Source of the DNA: Phoronis australis
Taxonomy: Eukaryota; Animalia; Phoronida
Assembly: GCA_002633005.1 (NCBI GenBank)
Contig: NMRA01000312.1
Location: 329,850-393,849, forward strand
Direction: 5' to 3'
Length of the DNA: 64,000 nt
Position 1 is the first letter of the stretch, and every line of letters begins with the position of its first letter. This document shows positions 63,694 through 64,000 of this stretch, piece after piece. Made by a program: the position numbers and the translations under genes. Below the pieces are notes generated by a model that was not told where the DNA came from, made no database searches, and was given only the letters and a program-made list of their open reading frames with translations.

Positions 63694-64000
63694 TACGGTA
63701 ATGAAACTTAAAAGTTTGTCTACATTCCGGCAATTTTCCCTAACCCATAACTTACCCAGGTACAAGACACCTCCGAACTTGGGAGTTGGACAAAATCAAA
63801 TCAACCTACTAAAACTAATCTCCTAACATCTAAGTCCAACAGTCAGTAAAACGGTTTGACTAGAAATGAATTGAAGAGATATAAGTGCAATGCTTTTTTA
63901 TCTGGAATAGAAAATATTTTATATTCGAGTAAGTCTGCCACAGACGGTGACTGACCATTTGAACCGGTGAGTTGAATTCCTCAAACCGTTACCGTCACTC

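Noticed and set aside
63374-64000. CCNF start-codon exon
   Set aside because: The donor-like site at ~63755 has no open ATG-initiated frame; exon 1 is probably outside the window

Overview
This is eukaryotic, AT-rich, intron-containing animal DNA (probably a marine invertebrate; the species cannot be called from sequence alone), so most entries in the ORF track are spurious. I reconstructed two minus-strand spliced genes by hand from GT-AG boundaries with consistent intron phases. (1) Cyclin F (CCNF/FBXO1): 13 coding exons at 51146-63373, with exon 1 apparently beyond the window. (2) An uncharacterised ~1000-aa low-complexity/coiled-coil protein: 7 coding exons at 1945-20842, with a probable non-coding first exon/promoter near 45955-46200 and an unresolved 3' end. 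Introns and intergenic DNA are full of non-autonomous DNA transposons (Kolobok-, hAT-, PIF/Harbinger- and Helentron/DINE-1-like), tRNA-derived SINEs and minisatellites, and there is one N gap. The most striking signal is a DINE-1/HINE-like element (14589-16392) whose ~145-bp monomers, arranged as ~440-bp trimers, each carry a co-oriented CTCF-consensus motif (11 sites): a candidate mobile insulator array. Also notable are an inverted MITE pair bracketing two CCNF cyclin-box exons, a tRNA-headed element with a minimal hammerhead-ribozyme core, a quadruplicated CCNF splice acceptor and a nested THAP-domain transposon relic. All coordinates were counted by eye and no searches were run.
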